Below, one piece after another: positions 1 through 9,201 of a stretch of DNA of 64,000 bases. A program made the position numbers and the translations under genes. Source of the stretch: a virus (Duplodnaviria > Caudoviricetes). The stretch is from the IMG/VR virus record IMGVR_UViG_3300027365_000007; one strand, given 5' to 3'. The notes beneath the pieces are model-generated. The model was not told the DNA's origin. It ran no database searches and was given only the letters and a program-made list of their open reading frames with translations. Position 1 is the stretch's first letter. Each line of letters starts with the position of its first letter.

Positions 1-36
1 ATTACTAAATAATTAAGAATAACTATTACAAAAACA

Positions 37-1329
37 ATGATTTTAGTAGAAAGACACCAAATAGACAAAAAGCACCCATCCTTCAAGGAATGCGATTTCT
101 TGAGTTATATAAGCAAAAACCTATATAATTCAGCTATCTATCATATACGTCAGTTCTATTTCAATAACAACACTTTTCTTAATCCTAAAGTAGTAAATGG
201 TAAAACTATAAACTACTGGGTATTTGATAAAACCCAATTATATCACGAACTCAAGGACACGAAAGAATTCCGTACCAACGAGCACCCCGAATACAACGGA
301 TATTCATGTAACACCAAAATCCTAAAACAAACTATGATACAAGTAAGTAGAGTATTCAAGGGATACAAGAAAGCACTAAAGACGTACTCTAATAACCCAT
401 CAAAGTTTACAGGAAGACCTAAATTGCCAACTTATAAACAAAAGAATGGTAGAAATGAAGTGACAGTGCCAAAAGAAGCTATCTCTTTTGTTAAACACAA
501 AGGTTATGCTAAAATAGCAAATACGGACATATTTGTTAAATTAGTAAATGTAACCGAAGAGACAACAAAAGAAATAAAGATAGTACCACGAGCCAGCCAT
601 TATGAAATATTGGTTAGCTATGAAGCACCAGAAGCACAATTAAAACCGCAAAGCGGCAAACTAGCAGGTATAGATATTGGATTGAATAATTTAGTGGCGT
701 TATCTTCAAATGATATAGCTATGAAGCCATCTCTCATTAACGGACGACCACTAAAATCAATCAACCAATACTATAATAAGAAAGCTGCTAAAATGAAGTC
801 CTTATTGCCGAAAGATGTTTTTTGGAGTAAGGCACTTAGTCAATTGACTAGGAAGAGAAACAACAAAGTTCAAACTGAAATGCACAACATATCTACATAT
901 ATTGTCAATGAATTAATCAAACACAATATAGATACATTGATAGTAGGTAATAATAAAGGAATGAAACAAGGAATTGGTATTGGTCGAAAAAATAACCAAA
1001 ATTTTGTGTCAATTCCTTTCCATAAGTTACGTAGGATGTTAGAATACAAATGCAAAAAGGCAGGTATCCATTACATAGAGACAGAGGAAAGTTATACCAG
1101 CAAGTGCAGTTTCCTTGATATGGAAGATATGCGTAAGCAGTCAGTATATAAAGGGAATAGAACACATAGGGGCTTGTTTATTGACTCGAATGGTAATGAG
1201 ATCAATGCTGACTTGAATGGAAGTTTGAACATAATAAGAAAAGTAGCTGGAAATGCATATTTTGTTTATCAAAATACGTCTGATCTAGTAGAGGGCTATG
1301 CCGTTAGTCCATTTAAAGTCACTGTCTAG
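37..1329 (+). mobile_element. tnpB: IS200/IS605-family TnpB RNA-guided nuclease (no tnpA visible in the window)
   Basis: N-terminus MILVERHQI...SKNLYNSAIYHIRQ is typical of TnpB. RuvC-I AGIDIGLNN, IVGNNKGMKQ, EESYTSKCS and RuvC-III INADLNGSLNIIRK are present. Confidence 0.93.
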
Positions 1330-1403
1330 TAATAGAATATACTTTATAAAGCAATTTGATATAATTTATATATTGAATTTCAAACGGTTGACATTAGTGA
1401 ATA
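1280..1403 (+). ncRNA. Putative omega-RNA scaffold, IS right end and guide of the TnpB element
   Basis: Hairpin GGGCTA-tgccgt-TAGTCC in the last codons of tnpB, then an AT-rich stretch ending ...GAATTTCAA (1374-1383). omega-RNAs overlap the tnpB 3' end and run into the flank. Boundaries are approximate. Confidence 0.45.
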
Positions 1404-1416
1404 ATCATGGTTTAAT
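1388..1416 (+). promoter_or_regulatory. sigma70-type early promoter
   Basis: TTGACA-17 nt-TTTAAT. Confidence 0.75.
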
Positions 1417-1526
1417 AGAATGGTAGTTGAAAAACACCTCACCGTTTATAGGTGAATTTAAAGAGAGACTGCGGCAACAGTCCCTTCTTCTTTTAAATAA
1501 TAGAGTTTTTAATATAGGGAGAAACC

Positions 1527-1769
1527 ATGGAACCAGTTGAAATAAAATTAACAGTAAATGGTATTGAGTACGCCGTGACTATTAACCATATAGGTGAAGT
1601 TATTGAACATCCTGATGGTTCTGGCGATCTACCAATTGAGTATAGCAGTGTACCCGAGTGTCCAGATAAAGACAGTGAGGCTATGCATGAAGCACTCACT
1701 GCGTTTGTAACTAATGCGCTTCGGGCTGCTATTGAGGAAGCTAAGCTAACAGATGAACAGGAGGAATAA
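1527..1769 (+). CDS. Hypothetical acidic protein (80 aa)
   Basis: ORF with RBS GGGAG, downstream of the early promoter. Confidence 0.7.
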   Translation: MEPVEIKLTVNGIEYAVTINHIGEVIEHPDGSGDLPIEYSSVPECPDKDSEAMHEALTAFVTNALRAAIEEAKLTDEQEE

Positions 1770-1770
1770 A

Positions 1771-2127
1771 ATGTTTGAAACAAAAAAGATTCCTGCTAAC
1801 GTAGGAATGCAAAGTCTTGTTGGTATTATGGCTAATGAATATCCGGTAGGATTTGGAAATTACTTTTATTTTGCTAATGGTATGCGCAGTATCAACATGT
1901 GGGCAGAAAACCTAAGCCACGCGGCTTCACATTACCTTCAAGACGGTTTGGTCGAAGTTGACGTATGGTCAGATGGTGATAAGCAATGGGGCGTTGTAGT
2001 GGACGAGAGGCTACCTGAAGGATACACTTTCAATAAACCTTGCTTCACTGGCTGTCATCCACCTTCGGTGGATATGTTGCGTGAAATGAAAGAATATTAT
2101 GGCTGGGATCATAATGATGAGGGATGA
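1771..2127 (+). CDS. Hypothetical protein
   Basis: RBS GGAGG places the start at ATG 1771. Confidence 0.7.
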   Translation: MFETKKIPANVGMQSLVGIMANEYPVGFGNYFYFANGMRSINMWAENLSHAASHYLQDGLVEVDVWSDGDKQWGVVVDERLPEGYTFNKPCFTGCHPPSVDMLREMKEYYGWDHNDEG

Positions 2128-2137
2128 GGAATGAGCC

Positions 2138-2365
2138 ATGAGTAATGAAAAAACCAACTTAAAAAAAGTAGCAAAAATCATGCGTAAGATTTCTAAGTTA
2201 GTGCAATTAACTAATTGCTATCTTATGATTTTTGATAATACCTATCAAGTTACTGACTGTGATACTGATGAATCATACGACTTCGATACACCTGAAAAAG
2301 CATTGAATTATTTAGAAAATAAAAAAGAATATCTTGAAAAAGTATTTGAGTTGATTAACTCATAA
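2138..2365 (+). CDS. Hypothetical protein (75 aa)
   Basis: ORF in operon, RBS GAGGA. Confidence 0.65.
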   Translation: MSNEKTNLKKVAKIMRKISKLVQLTNCYLMIFDNTYQVTDCDTDESYDFDTPEKALNYLENKKEYLEKVFELINS

Positions 2366-2370
2366 AGTGG

Positions 2371-2398
2371 TTGACAAAATCTAAATACCATGTAGAAT
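2371..2398 (+). promoter_or_regulatory. sigma70-type promoter
   Basis: TTGACA-16 nt-TAGAAT. Confidence 0.7.
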
Positions 2399-2403
2399 AA
2401 ATA

Positions 2404-2514
2404 ACAGTAGAGCTAATTAAGATCATCCTTCTAACAATCCAAAACTTGCCATGTAACCGATCTTTAAACTTCTCTACACCCTATTTAAAAAGACCGCGAA
2501 GTGCGGTCTTTTTT
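2404..2514 (+). ncRNA. Candidate small RNA (~110 nt)
   Basis: Bounded by its own promoter and terminator, with no ORF (only ATG-TAA). Pairings GTAGAG/CTCTAC and TTAAGATC/GATCTTTAA enclose a C/A-rich loop. Confidence 0.55.
2487..2514 (+). terminator. Intrinsic terminator
   Basis: AAAAAGACCGC-gaagt-GCGGTCTTTTTT. Confidence 0.9.
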
Positions 2515-2611
2515 ATTTGTCTCTTGTACTGAACTGCAAGTTCTACGAAGAAAAATACAATCGAATCTGTGGGATTTGATGAAGTACTTTAAGGATGAAT
2601 GTAAAAATAGC

Positions 2612-2640
2612 TTTACAGTGACAAAGAACTTTGCTATTCT
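2612..2640 (+). promoter_or_regulatory. sigma70-type early promoter
   Basis: TTTACA-17 nt-TATTCT with TG upstream of the -10. Confidence 0.6.
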
Positions 2641-2684
2641 ATTGGTAACTTAAAAAACGTCTCTAGAAATTATATAGGTGTTTT

Positions 2685-2861
2685 ATGAATAAAACATTGA
2701 TCAAAACTTTATCCAATGGTAACCATATCTATAAATTTACCGATGGACATGGCACACCCCGTTATCGTGTTCTTCGTGGGAAGCATTGGATCGGTAAGAC
2801 TCTAGATGGTGGATACATTTCTGCACGTGCTGCAAAGAATTTTGCAATGAAAAACGGATAA
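2685..2861 (+). CDS. Small basic protein (58 aa), absent from the ORF track
   Basis: RBS AGGTG; MNKTLIKTLSNGNHIYKFTDGHGTPRYRVLRGKHWIGKTLDGGYISARAAKNFAMKNG. Confidence 0.65.
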   Translation: MNKTLIKTLSNGNHIYKFTDGHGTPRYRVLRGKHWIGKTLDGGYISARAAKNFAMKNG

Positions 2862-2867
2862 TAATAT

Positions 2868-3221
2868 ATGTCTGAAGCACCCTTTGAAAAACACCGTATG
2901 TCTGAAGCTCTACAAAGTGGAAGTCCTACGATAATTCCAAATAACATGAATAGAGAGTCAATGAGAGAATTCATTTTAGATTCTAACAACCACACAAATG
3001 AAGAGGTAGGTGTTATGAAAAATAAAGCCGTTGAAGCTATGGTCCGAGTACAGTTCAATATTCCAGAAGATACCCAAGTGACTGTGAAGTGTATGGCGCG
3101 TGTAGATAATATGTTTGAATTTGAAGTTGAATGGATGGACGATGATAATATCCTTTATCAATGCCCTGTGAAACTTCCTCTGATCTCTTATACTGAAGAT
3201 ACAAGCTTTGCATGCTCTTAA
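2868..3221 (+). CDS. Hypothetical protein (start may be an internal Met)
   Basis: ORF in operon. Confidence 0.55.
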   Translation: MSEAPFEKHRMSEALQSGSPTIIPNNMNRESMREFILDSNNHTNEEVGVMKNKAVEAMVRVQFNIPEDTQVTVKCMARVDNMFEFEVEWMDDDNILYQCPVKLPLISYTEDTSFACS

Positions 3222-3233
3222 GAATGGTGATGT

Positions 3234-3776
3234 ATGAAACTTTTCAGTGTATCAAAGGTTAAAAATTTTTTAGATAACGCTAACAAAGATCTTCAAAGAA
3301 AATTGTTGAATGATGGTGATGCTGAACGTATATTCATGAATATCGAAAAATTTTTAAAATTATGTGTCAAGGATCTTGATGATTTTTCAATGTTACGGAT
3401 TCTTTTTAAAAGAAAGAAATGTATTGACTCGACATATCTAAATGTATTGTTAACATACAATAATGTTGATGTTGTGGAAATAGATCAAGATGGAAATAAT
3501 GCTCCCATGGATTGTCCAGCAAAATGTATTAATCTCAAATATCCGATTAAAAACCTTAAGGGTTGTAATAGTGAGTACGTTAATGATTTTGTTGTATATC
3601 TCAAACATGGATCTGAAAAATCACAAAAATGTATCAAACGTTTAATGAACCGTTTGGAATCACAGTTCCGTGATATTGATAGTAATGATTTTCTACCAGA
3701 CTACATGGAACTTTCGGTTACGCAATATGCTCTTATTCGTGAAGTGTCAGCTTTTACAAACATAGACGTGAACTGA
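3234..3776 (+). CDS. Hypothetical protein (180 aa)
   Basis: ORF in operon. Confidence 0.7.
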   Translation: MKLFSVSKVKNFLDNANKDLQRKLLNDGDAERIFMNIEKFLKLCVKDLDDFSMLRILFKRKKCIDSTYLNVLLTYNNVDVVEIDQDGNNAPMDCPAKCINLKYPIKNLKGCNSEYVNDFVVYLKHGSEKSQKCIKRLMNRLESQFRDIDSNDFLPDYMELSVTQYALIREVSAFTNIDVN

Positions 3777-3790
3777 GACAATGGTGATTT

Positions 3791-3997
3791 ATGAAAAGAC
3801 AAGTACCAACGGTCACCTCGGCATTGGAAGAATCAAGAAACCTTGTGTCAGATGATGCCGAAAAGAATAATTTGAAATCACCTCAAGAATACCGTGAGGT
3901 TTTTGATAAAATTTGTAATATGAATAGTTTTCCAGACTATATTCGCGAGGCGTATTACGACGGTATTGAGTTTGGTTTTGAAGAATTATTTCAATAA
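3791..3997 (+). CDS. Hypothetical protein (68 aa)
   Basis: ORF in operon, RBS GGTG. Confidence 0.6.
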   Translation: MKRQVPTVTSALEESRNLVSDDAEKNNLKSPQEYREVFDKICNMNSFPDYIREAYYDGIEFGFEELFQ

Positions 3998-4008
3998 AGG
4001 AAGAAATT

Positions 4009-4647
4009 ATGAACCACATTTACGAAAAATCGCGTTTGATTAGCTTGGTACAATACTATCAAGATACGATCAATATTTTGGTTGAAACTGAACAGGAGAA
4101 AATCAAGACCCTTTATAAGAATTATGAACCTGTCTTCGACAAAATTAAGCAAATGCTTAATGATCTTGAAGCAGAATTTATTCCTGAAGATAATCAGTCA
4201 CCAAAGAAAAAAACATTCAAGTTTTTTAAGAACAAAAAAGATGAGCCAACACATAAGCGTCGTTTATGTATTGATTCTATCGTAGATTATGTTAAAGAAA
4301 ATGGTCTCCATATTACATCGTTTAACTATCACGATCTGGATAGAAAATATATAGCCTATCACTACACATCCAAATACAATTTGTATAGTTCGACTCCTAT
4401 TAATCCAGTACATAGGCTTCTTGGTGAACATGACTATGATATGTTCGATTTCTTTGTGTATCGCGAAAACGATAATGAAATTACAATACAAAATCTAAAT
4501 GATGTGAAAAATAGACTCATTAGAGCATTTGGGCATATCCTTGATAGTGGAAAAATACTGCCGGATCAATTCAGCCTTTCATATGACGAGCAAAAAACTT
4601 TAAATTATATTCATAAGATCATCGGTGATTTAACAACTAAAGGATGA
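4009..4647 (+). CDS. Hypothetical protein (212 aa)
   Basis: RBS AAGGA, long ORF. Confidence 0.7.
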   Translation: MNHIYEKSRLISLVQYYQDTINILVETEQEKIKTLYKNYEPVFDKIKQMLNDLEAEFIPEDNQSPKKKTFKFFKNKKDEPTHKRRLCIDSIVDYVKENGLHITSFNYHDLDRKYIAYHYTSKYNLYSSTPINPVHRLLGEHDYDMFDFFVYRENDNEITIQNLNDVKNRLIRAFGHILDSGKILPDQFSLSYDEQKTLNYIHKIIGDLTTKG

Positions 4648-4994
4648 GAAATGAAATGAGTCTTATGTACCTATCGCACTCATTTAGAATACCACAGGCT
4701 ATCGAACTATTTTTATCAATCAATATGTCCACAGAGTTCATGGAACTCTGGATTCGTTCTAATGATGAGATAGACAAAAAGTATGAAGATGAAATAAAAG
4801 AAAAATTAATGCAACAACTTAAAATCAAGACACCGAAACGTTTTTGGGTGAAATTATTTGCGTCGAGATATATAACCGACGCCTGTGTTATGATAACAAT
4901 TTTTACAGATAGTAATAACTTTGACCCAAATTACGTAAAGTTAAAAAATCGCCACCTGTATGATATTATATCTCCATACTTAAAATTTTACTGA
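4644..4994 (+). CDS. Hypothetical protein, possible member of the C-terminal F..N.FKL..P paralogue family
   Basis: C-terminus NYVKLKNRHLYD. Confidence 0.6.
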   Translation: MRNEMSLMYLSHSFRIPQAIELFLSINMSTEFMELWIRSNDEIDKKYEDEIKEKLMQQLKIKTPKRFWVKLFASRYITDACVMITIFTDSNNFDPNYVKLKNRHLYDIISPYLKFY

Positions 4995-5797
4995 TTCTTA
5001 AGAAACCATTCATCAAATTCACGGAACGTCATATTTTTGATAATGTCACGCATAATCACAAATTTCTTAGCACGTTCCTGATCACCCTCTTTAAAGCTCT
5101 TGAGAGCTACGGCATCATACTTTGACTTCAGGGTGTTCTGAGCATAGCCATATATTTTAAAAGGCTTCTGTGGCTTCTCTCCGGGCATTCTAGGCTGATT
5201 CACAATCATCTGCTTCACATCTTTGACTACATTTAGATATTCTTCAGTACCTTTTTGGTTTTTAGCTTCTTGTTTGGAGATACTAAACTTCTTTTCCATA
5301 GTAGGTCTGATTTCAGATTCTTTCTGATTACTCGCCATAGCATCTTTCTTGATAATTGAGCTTCTTACTTCTTTGCGTATATACGGACGTTCTTCAAAGT
5401 CACCCAATGCCGAATCATAAAGCGCATCTGTAATTTCATCAACAGAATATTTTGGATAAAACTTAGTAACCCATTGATCAATTACTGCATAAACATCTCC
5501 GATACGTGCAAGCTCTTCACGAGTTATACCACGCAATTCTTCCGACTGCTTAGATTCAGGTTTCTTCTCACTCTTCTGGGATTTTAGATATGTGAAAAAT
5601 TCACCGGGAGAAACCTTCTTAATTGCTTCCTGTTCATCACCCTCAAGCTCATTACCCAACGCTTTACGTACACTGTAAAACTTATGAGACGCATTATTGA
5701 ACTCACCAGTTGTTTTACGAAACCTGTCTAACAGCTTCTGTAAAAGTGTTTCGTCTGTCTCAGTAATGATGCTTTCAACCAGATCTAAAATTTTCAT
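4988..5797 (-). CDS. Putative internal head protein with N-terminal leader MKILDLVE
   Basis: Leader motif; CTAAATA late-promoter variant upstream. Confidence 0.6.
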   Translation of the reverse strand: MKILDLVESIITETDETLLQKLLDRFRKTTGEFNNASHKFYSVRKALGNELEGDEQEAIKKVSPGEFFTYLKSQKSEKKPESKQSEELRGITREELARIGDVYAVIDQWVTKFYPKYSVDEITDALYDSALGDFEERPYIRKEVRSSIIKKDAMASNQKESEIRPTMEKKFSISKQEAKNQKGTEEYLNVVKDVKQMIVNQPRMPGEKPQKPFKIYGYAQNTLKSKYDAVALKSFKEGDQERAKKFVIMRDIIKNMTFREFDEWFLKNQ

Positions 5798-5832
5798 ATA
5801 TATCCTCAGTATTCTTTCAATTATATTACTAT

Positions 5833-6867
5833 TTAGGAATTATTTTTATTCTTTATGTAATATTCCAATAGTCCGTATAAATCCCCACCCACTCCATTGT
5901 TTTGCAAAACTGCGTATGGACCTTTGGGTAACATAATCTCAGTTCTATCATTTTGTGCTATAATGTCTTTCAAATCTTCTGTCTTTTCGATACTATCAAC
6001 ATATTTCTTCGACTCACTTACAATCCATTGTTCTTTATAATCACGAAAAGCTTCTAAGGTAAGGATAGTCAGTTCATATAATAGCTTTTCAAATTGATCG
6101 TAGTATTCCCCTTCAAGCTCTGAAATTTTTTCTAAGCTATACATCATAGTTAATACATTGAACATTTCTCGATAAGCAGCTTTGATAACGGCTTCATTGA
6201 TAACAAAATCAAAGTCATTTAATTCTGTAAGTTTAGCGTTAGATATAAATCTGATAAAAATTGTATCAACATAATTCGAAATATGTTTATTAATATAACG
6301 ACCTATATCCGGTTTGATATATCCACCAAATAAGGCATCAATCTTATTAAGCAGTGATTTTACTTTATCAGTTTTTGAAAAGTCCTTAAGCATGGAACTA
6401 ATATTGTTTCTATACTTAACACTGTTGAATATTTTACTACTGACATACATATCATCTACCAATGTACTGTAATATAATTCATAATCACTAGAAAGTGGGA
6501 AAACTCTAAAGACTTCTCCATATTCTGAGGCTTGTGAGGGACTTAACGTTGCGAAAACCATAGAACGTATTTGAGCACCTAACTTATCATTTGATATGTC
6601 GTTGATGGTATTGTGTATGACATTTGGTGTATCCATGGGTTTTTGACGATAAACTATGTTATTGACTTCACCACTCTTCAATTTTCCACCATGATATAAC
6701 ATGGGTATATCATTTTTTACAATTTCCCACGATGATTCTATATCGCTTAAATCCAGACTCTCAAACCAATCTTTAAGATTGATTTCAAAAAATTCACTGT
6801 TAATGATTTGATCATATAGTGAATCTAATGATTCATTTTCTTCTTCAAATAAATGTTTTATTTTCAT
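5833..6867 (-). CDS. ADP-ribosyltransferase-fold paralogue A with leader MKIKHLFEE
   Basis: LYHGG...PMDT...VFAT...ASEYG...TEIML; TATAAATA promoter upstream. Confidence 0.6.
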   Translation of the reverse strand: MKIKHLFEEENESLDSLYDQIINSEFFEINLKDWFESLDLSDIESSWEIVKNDIPMLYHGGKLKSGEVNNIVYRQKPMDTPNVIHNTINDISNDKLGAQIRSMVFATLSPSQASEYGEVFRVFPLSSDYELYYSTLVDDMYVSSKIFNSVKYRNNISSMLKDFSKTDKVKSLLNKIDALFGGYIKPDIGRYINKHISNYVDTIFIRFISNAKLTELNDFDFVINEAVIKAAYREMFNVLTMMYSLEKISELEGEYYDQFEKLLYELTILTLEAFRDYKEQWIVSESKKYVDSIEKTEDLKDIIAQNDRTEIMLPKGPYAVLQNNGVGGDLYGLLEYYIKNKNNS

Positions 6868-6889
6868 TTTAAATCCTCATGTATACGGT

Positions 6890-6910
6890 TATTTATAACT
6901 GTTATAAATA
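6890..6910. promoter_or_regulatory. Divergent pair of T4-type late promoters
   Basis: Perfect inverted repeat TATTTATAAC-T-GTTATAAATA gives TATAAATA on both strands. Confidence 0.8.
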
Positions 6911-6938
6911 TATGTAACGCGATAATAGGGGTACAATT

Positions 6939-7389
6939 TTGAGAGTATATGATGTAAGTTTAAAGAAAATAAAGATAGGAAAGCGTATAGTAAGTTTGCT
7001 ATCTGACGATAATTGGCTAACAAACAATCCATCAATATGGAGTTTTTAATAGCGGTGAGTTGACCGCACAATCTACTGGTTCAGGTTATATTGCCTACCA
7101 GACTATTGATTCGTTAGAATTAGGAAAGGACTACGAAATATCGTTTGATGTGGATTTCTTTGAGGTGGTTGATTCAGCGCCAACATTGAACTTTGTTCTA
7201 GGAGATGTCAATAACACATCACAACGCAAGGGGATTAGTGATGTACGTGGTGGTGGTAGTACGAAATCCTATACAGGTACTTTAACGTGTTACGACAAGA
7301 CACTTAGGTTTTGGAATAATCGATATGTGACATCAGTCCCAAGGTTTTCAGGAAGAATATACAATCTGGTATTGAAAGAAATAGAGTGA
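6939..7389 (+). CDS. Beta-rich late protein split by a +1 frameshift at 7043-7049 (149 aa if fused)
   Basis: RBS AGGGG then TTG 6939. Frame 0 ends AGT TTT TAA; skipping one T gives ...NPSIWSF-NSGELTAQSTG, which joins ORF 7060..7389. Confidence 0.55.
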
Positions 7390-7400
7390 TAAAATAATAT

Positions 7401-8603
7401 ATGCGAATATTCAATCTTAAAGAAGGAATAGAGGAATTAGATCTAGAATCTTATAAGTCTCTTATTGAAGGAGATTACTCTGACGCGTACAAACTAGTCC
7501 AAGAAGGCAATGTTATATACAAGGGAATGTATGAAATATTCCAAGACCAACCTTACTTTTTTACAAGAATAAAGAACCGTCAGTCAGCAAACGTTCCTAA
7601 TTATTACACATTATGGATCAATAATCATGATGATTGGGCTAGATTTCCTAATAGAAATGTCATTGGTACCACATCGGAAAAGTTTGCCGAACCATACGGA
7701 TTTTTTACTTTAGTAATACTACCTAAAAATGGTACAAAAATTGGTGTTTGTCCGTCTGATGATATTTGGTATTCCTTCCCAGTGCACACCATAATGGATA
7801 AAAATGTTGTTGATGTGTTAGAATTATTTGAACGTCTGTTTGAATACTATTATAATGAAAAACCTACGACATACAACCAACTAATAAAGTTTCTTTCTAA
7901 TATGAAAATTACTGAAGAGGACGTTCAGTCACTTGATGTTTATCCAGATATGGCAGACATTATACAGATGTTAATAAAGAATAATCCTTTAGACGTATTC
8001 CAGAAGTTATTTTACCCTAAAGGCTTCGATATAGTTTCTATGAAGGATATCAGAAACATTAATAATAAAGAAGTTTGGTTTGATGGTGATTTCATAGGCA
8101 TACCATTGGACGATTTTAAAAAGTTTGTACCATTAAGTAGTACATTGAATGAATCGGTTAGTGATTACGATAATTGGACAATGCATGATGAAGAGACGTT
8201 AAAATCCGACTTTGATGAGTATCAGTTTAAAGAGGAACGTAAATGGAAAGATCGTGCGGAACGAATGGGTTTCAGATATCCCATATTCCCAACATTTGAA
8301 AGCTATAAACACAGTATTGAAAATGGCGAGGTGGTAGAATTGTCGGATGATCGTTGGGACGAGATCGAAAATTTATCAAAAAATAGCAGTCTCGATAGTA
8401 TCAATGATATGGTAAATGGGTATACAGTACCACGCGATGTTGAACGTATCAAACAGGGTATTGAGAATGATTCAAAGATACCATATCCTGTAATTTTGAA
8501 AGGAACTAATGGTTACCATATTATGTCTGGAAATACACGAATAAACACCGCACGTGTACTGGGAGTAACCCCGAAAGTATTAATTCTAGATGTTTCTGAA
8601 TAA
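7401..8603 (+). CDS. ART-fold paralogue D fused to a ParB/sulfiredoxin-like C-terminal domain
   Basis: IYKG...IGTT...AEPYG...KEVWF; linker STLNES; C-terminus IPYPVILKG...YHIMSGNTRINTARVLG. Confidence 0.55.
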   Translation: MRIFNLKEGIEELDLESYKSLIEGDYSDAYKLVQEGNVIYKGMYEIFQDQPYFFTRIKNRQSANVPNYYTLWINNHDDWARFPNRNVIGTTSEKFAEPYGFFTLVILPKNGTKIGVCPSDDIWYSFPVHTIMDKNVVDVLELFERLFEYYYNEKPTTYNQLIKFLSNMKITEEDVQSLDVYPDMADIIQMLIKNNPLDVFQKLFYPKGFDIVSMKDIRNINNKEVWFDGDFIGIPLDDFKKFVPLSSTLNESVSDYDNWTMHDEETLKSDFDEYQFKEERKWKDRAERMGFRYPIFPTFESYKHSIENGEVVELSDDRWDEIENLSKNSSLDSINDMVNGYTVPRDVERIKQGIENDSKIPYPVILKGTNGYHIMSGNTRINTARVLGVTPKVLILDVSE

Positions 8604-8668
8604 ATTAATTAAAAGACTTGAAATGGCTGATAGTATCGGGTATACTATTAATAAATAGGAGAGATGAT

Positions 8669-8845
8669 ATGCCAATCGTATTGACCGAAGCACAAAAATC
8701 AAAAGTAGAAATTCTGAAAGAAGCTGTTGAAGATGCAGATATCATTTCAGATGAAGAATTTACTAACATCATGTACGAACTTAAAGATCAAGGTGTTGAC
8801 GTTGAAATGGTATTGCGTGAAGATTATGGAATCGATTTTGAATGA
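8669..8845 (+). CDS. Small acidic late protein (MPIVLTEA...)
   Basis: AATAAATA plus RBS AGGAG upstream of ATG 8669. Confidence 0.65.
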   Translation: MPIVLTEAQKSKVEILKEAVEDADIISDEEFTNIMYELKDQGVDVEMVLREDYGIDFE

Positions 8846-9192
8846 AGCTTATTGATTTAGGACTCAAAGGAATATTTGAGTCGAAAGAGTATAAAATAAA
8901 AAAGTCAAAGAAATTTAACAAATTCAAGATTAAATATTCGAATAAAAAGAGTAATATTAAACTCCTTGATAACTTGGTTAAAACCCTTCAGAAAGAAGGT
9001 GAGATAGTTGATCATGGTGTTCACCGTATCAATCAACCTATCTACTCAGAATATACAGGCGGTAATGAAACGGGTTGGCAAAGTGTGTATATTTCCAAGA
9101 GTGATGACTTGCGCCTAATGTATAAACGATTCAATGATGGAGTCATTGAAGTGAAATTTGGAAAGGCTACAGACGTAGGTTACACACATTAG
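8842..9192 (+). CDS. Hypothetical late protein with leader MKLIDL...IFE
   Basis: Overlapping start/stop; leader motif. Confidence 0.65.
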   Translation: MKLIDLGLKGIFESKEYKIKKSKKFNKFKIKYSNKKSNIKLLDNLVKTLQKEGEIVDHGVHRINQPIYSEYTGGNETGWQSVYISKSDDLRLMYKRFNDGVIEVKFGKATDVGYTH

Positions 9193-9201
9193 TATAACCT
9201 A

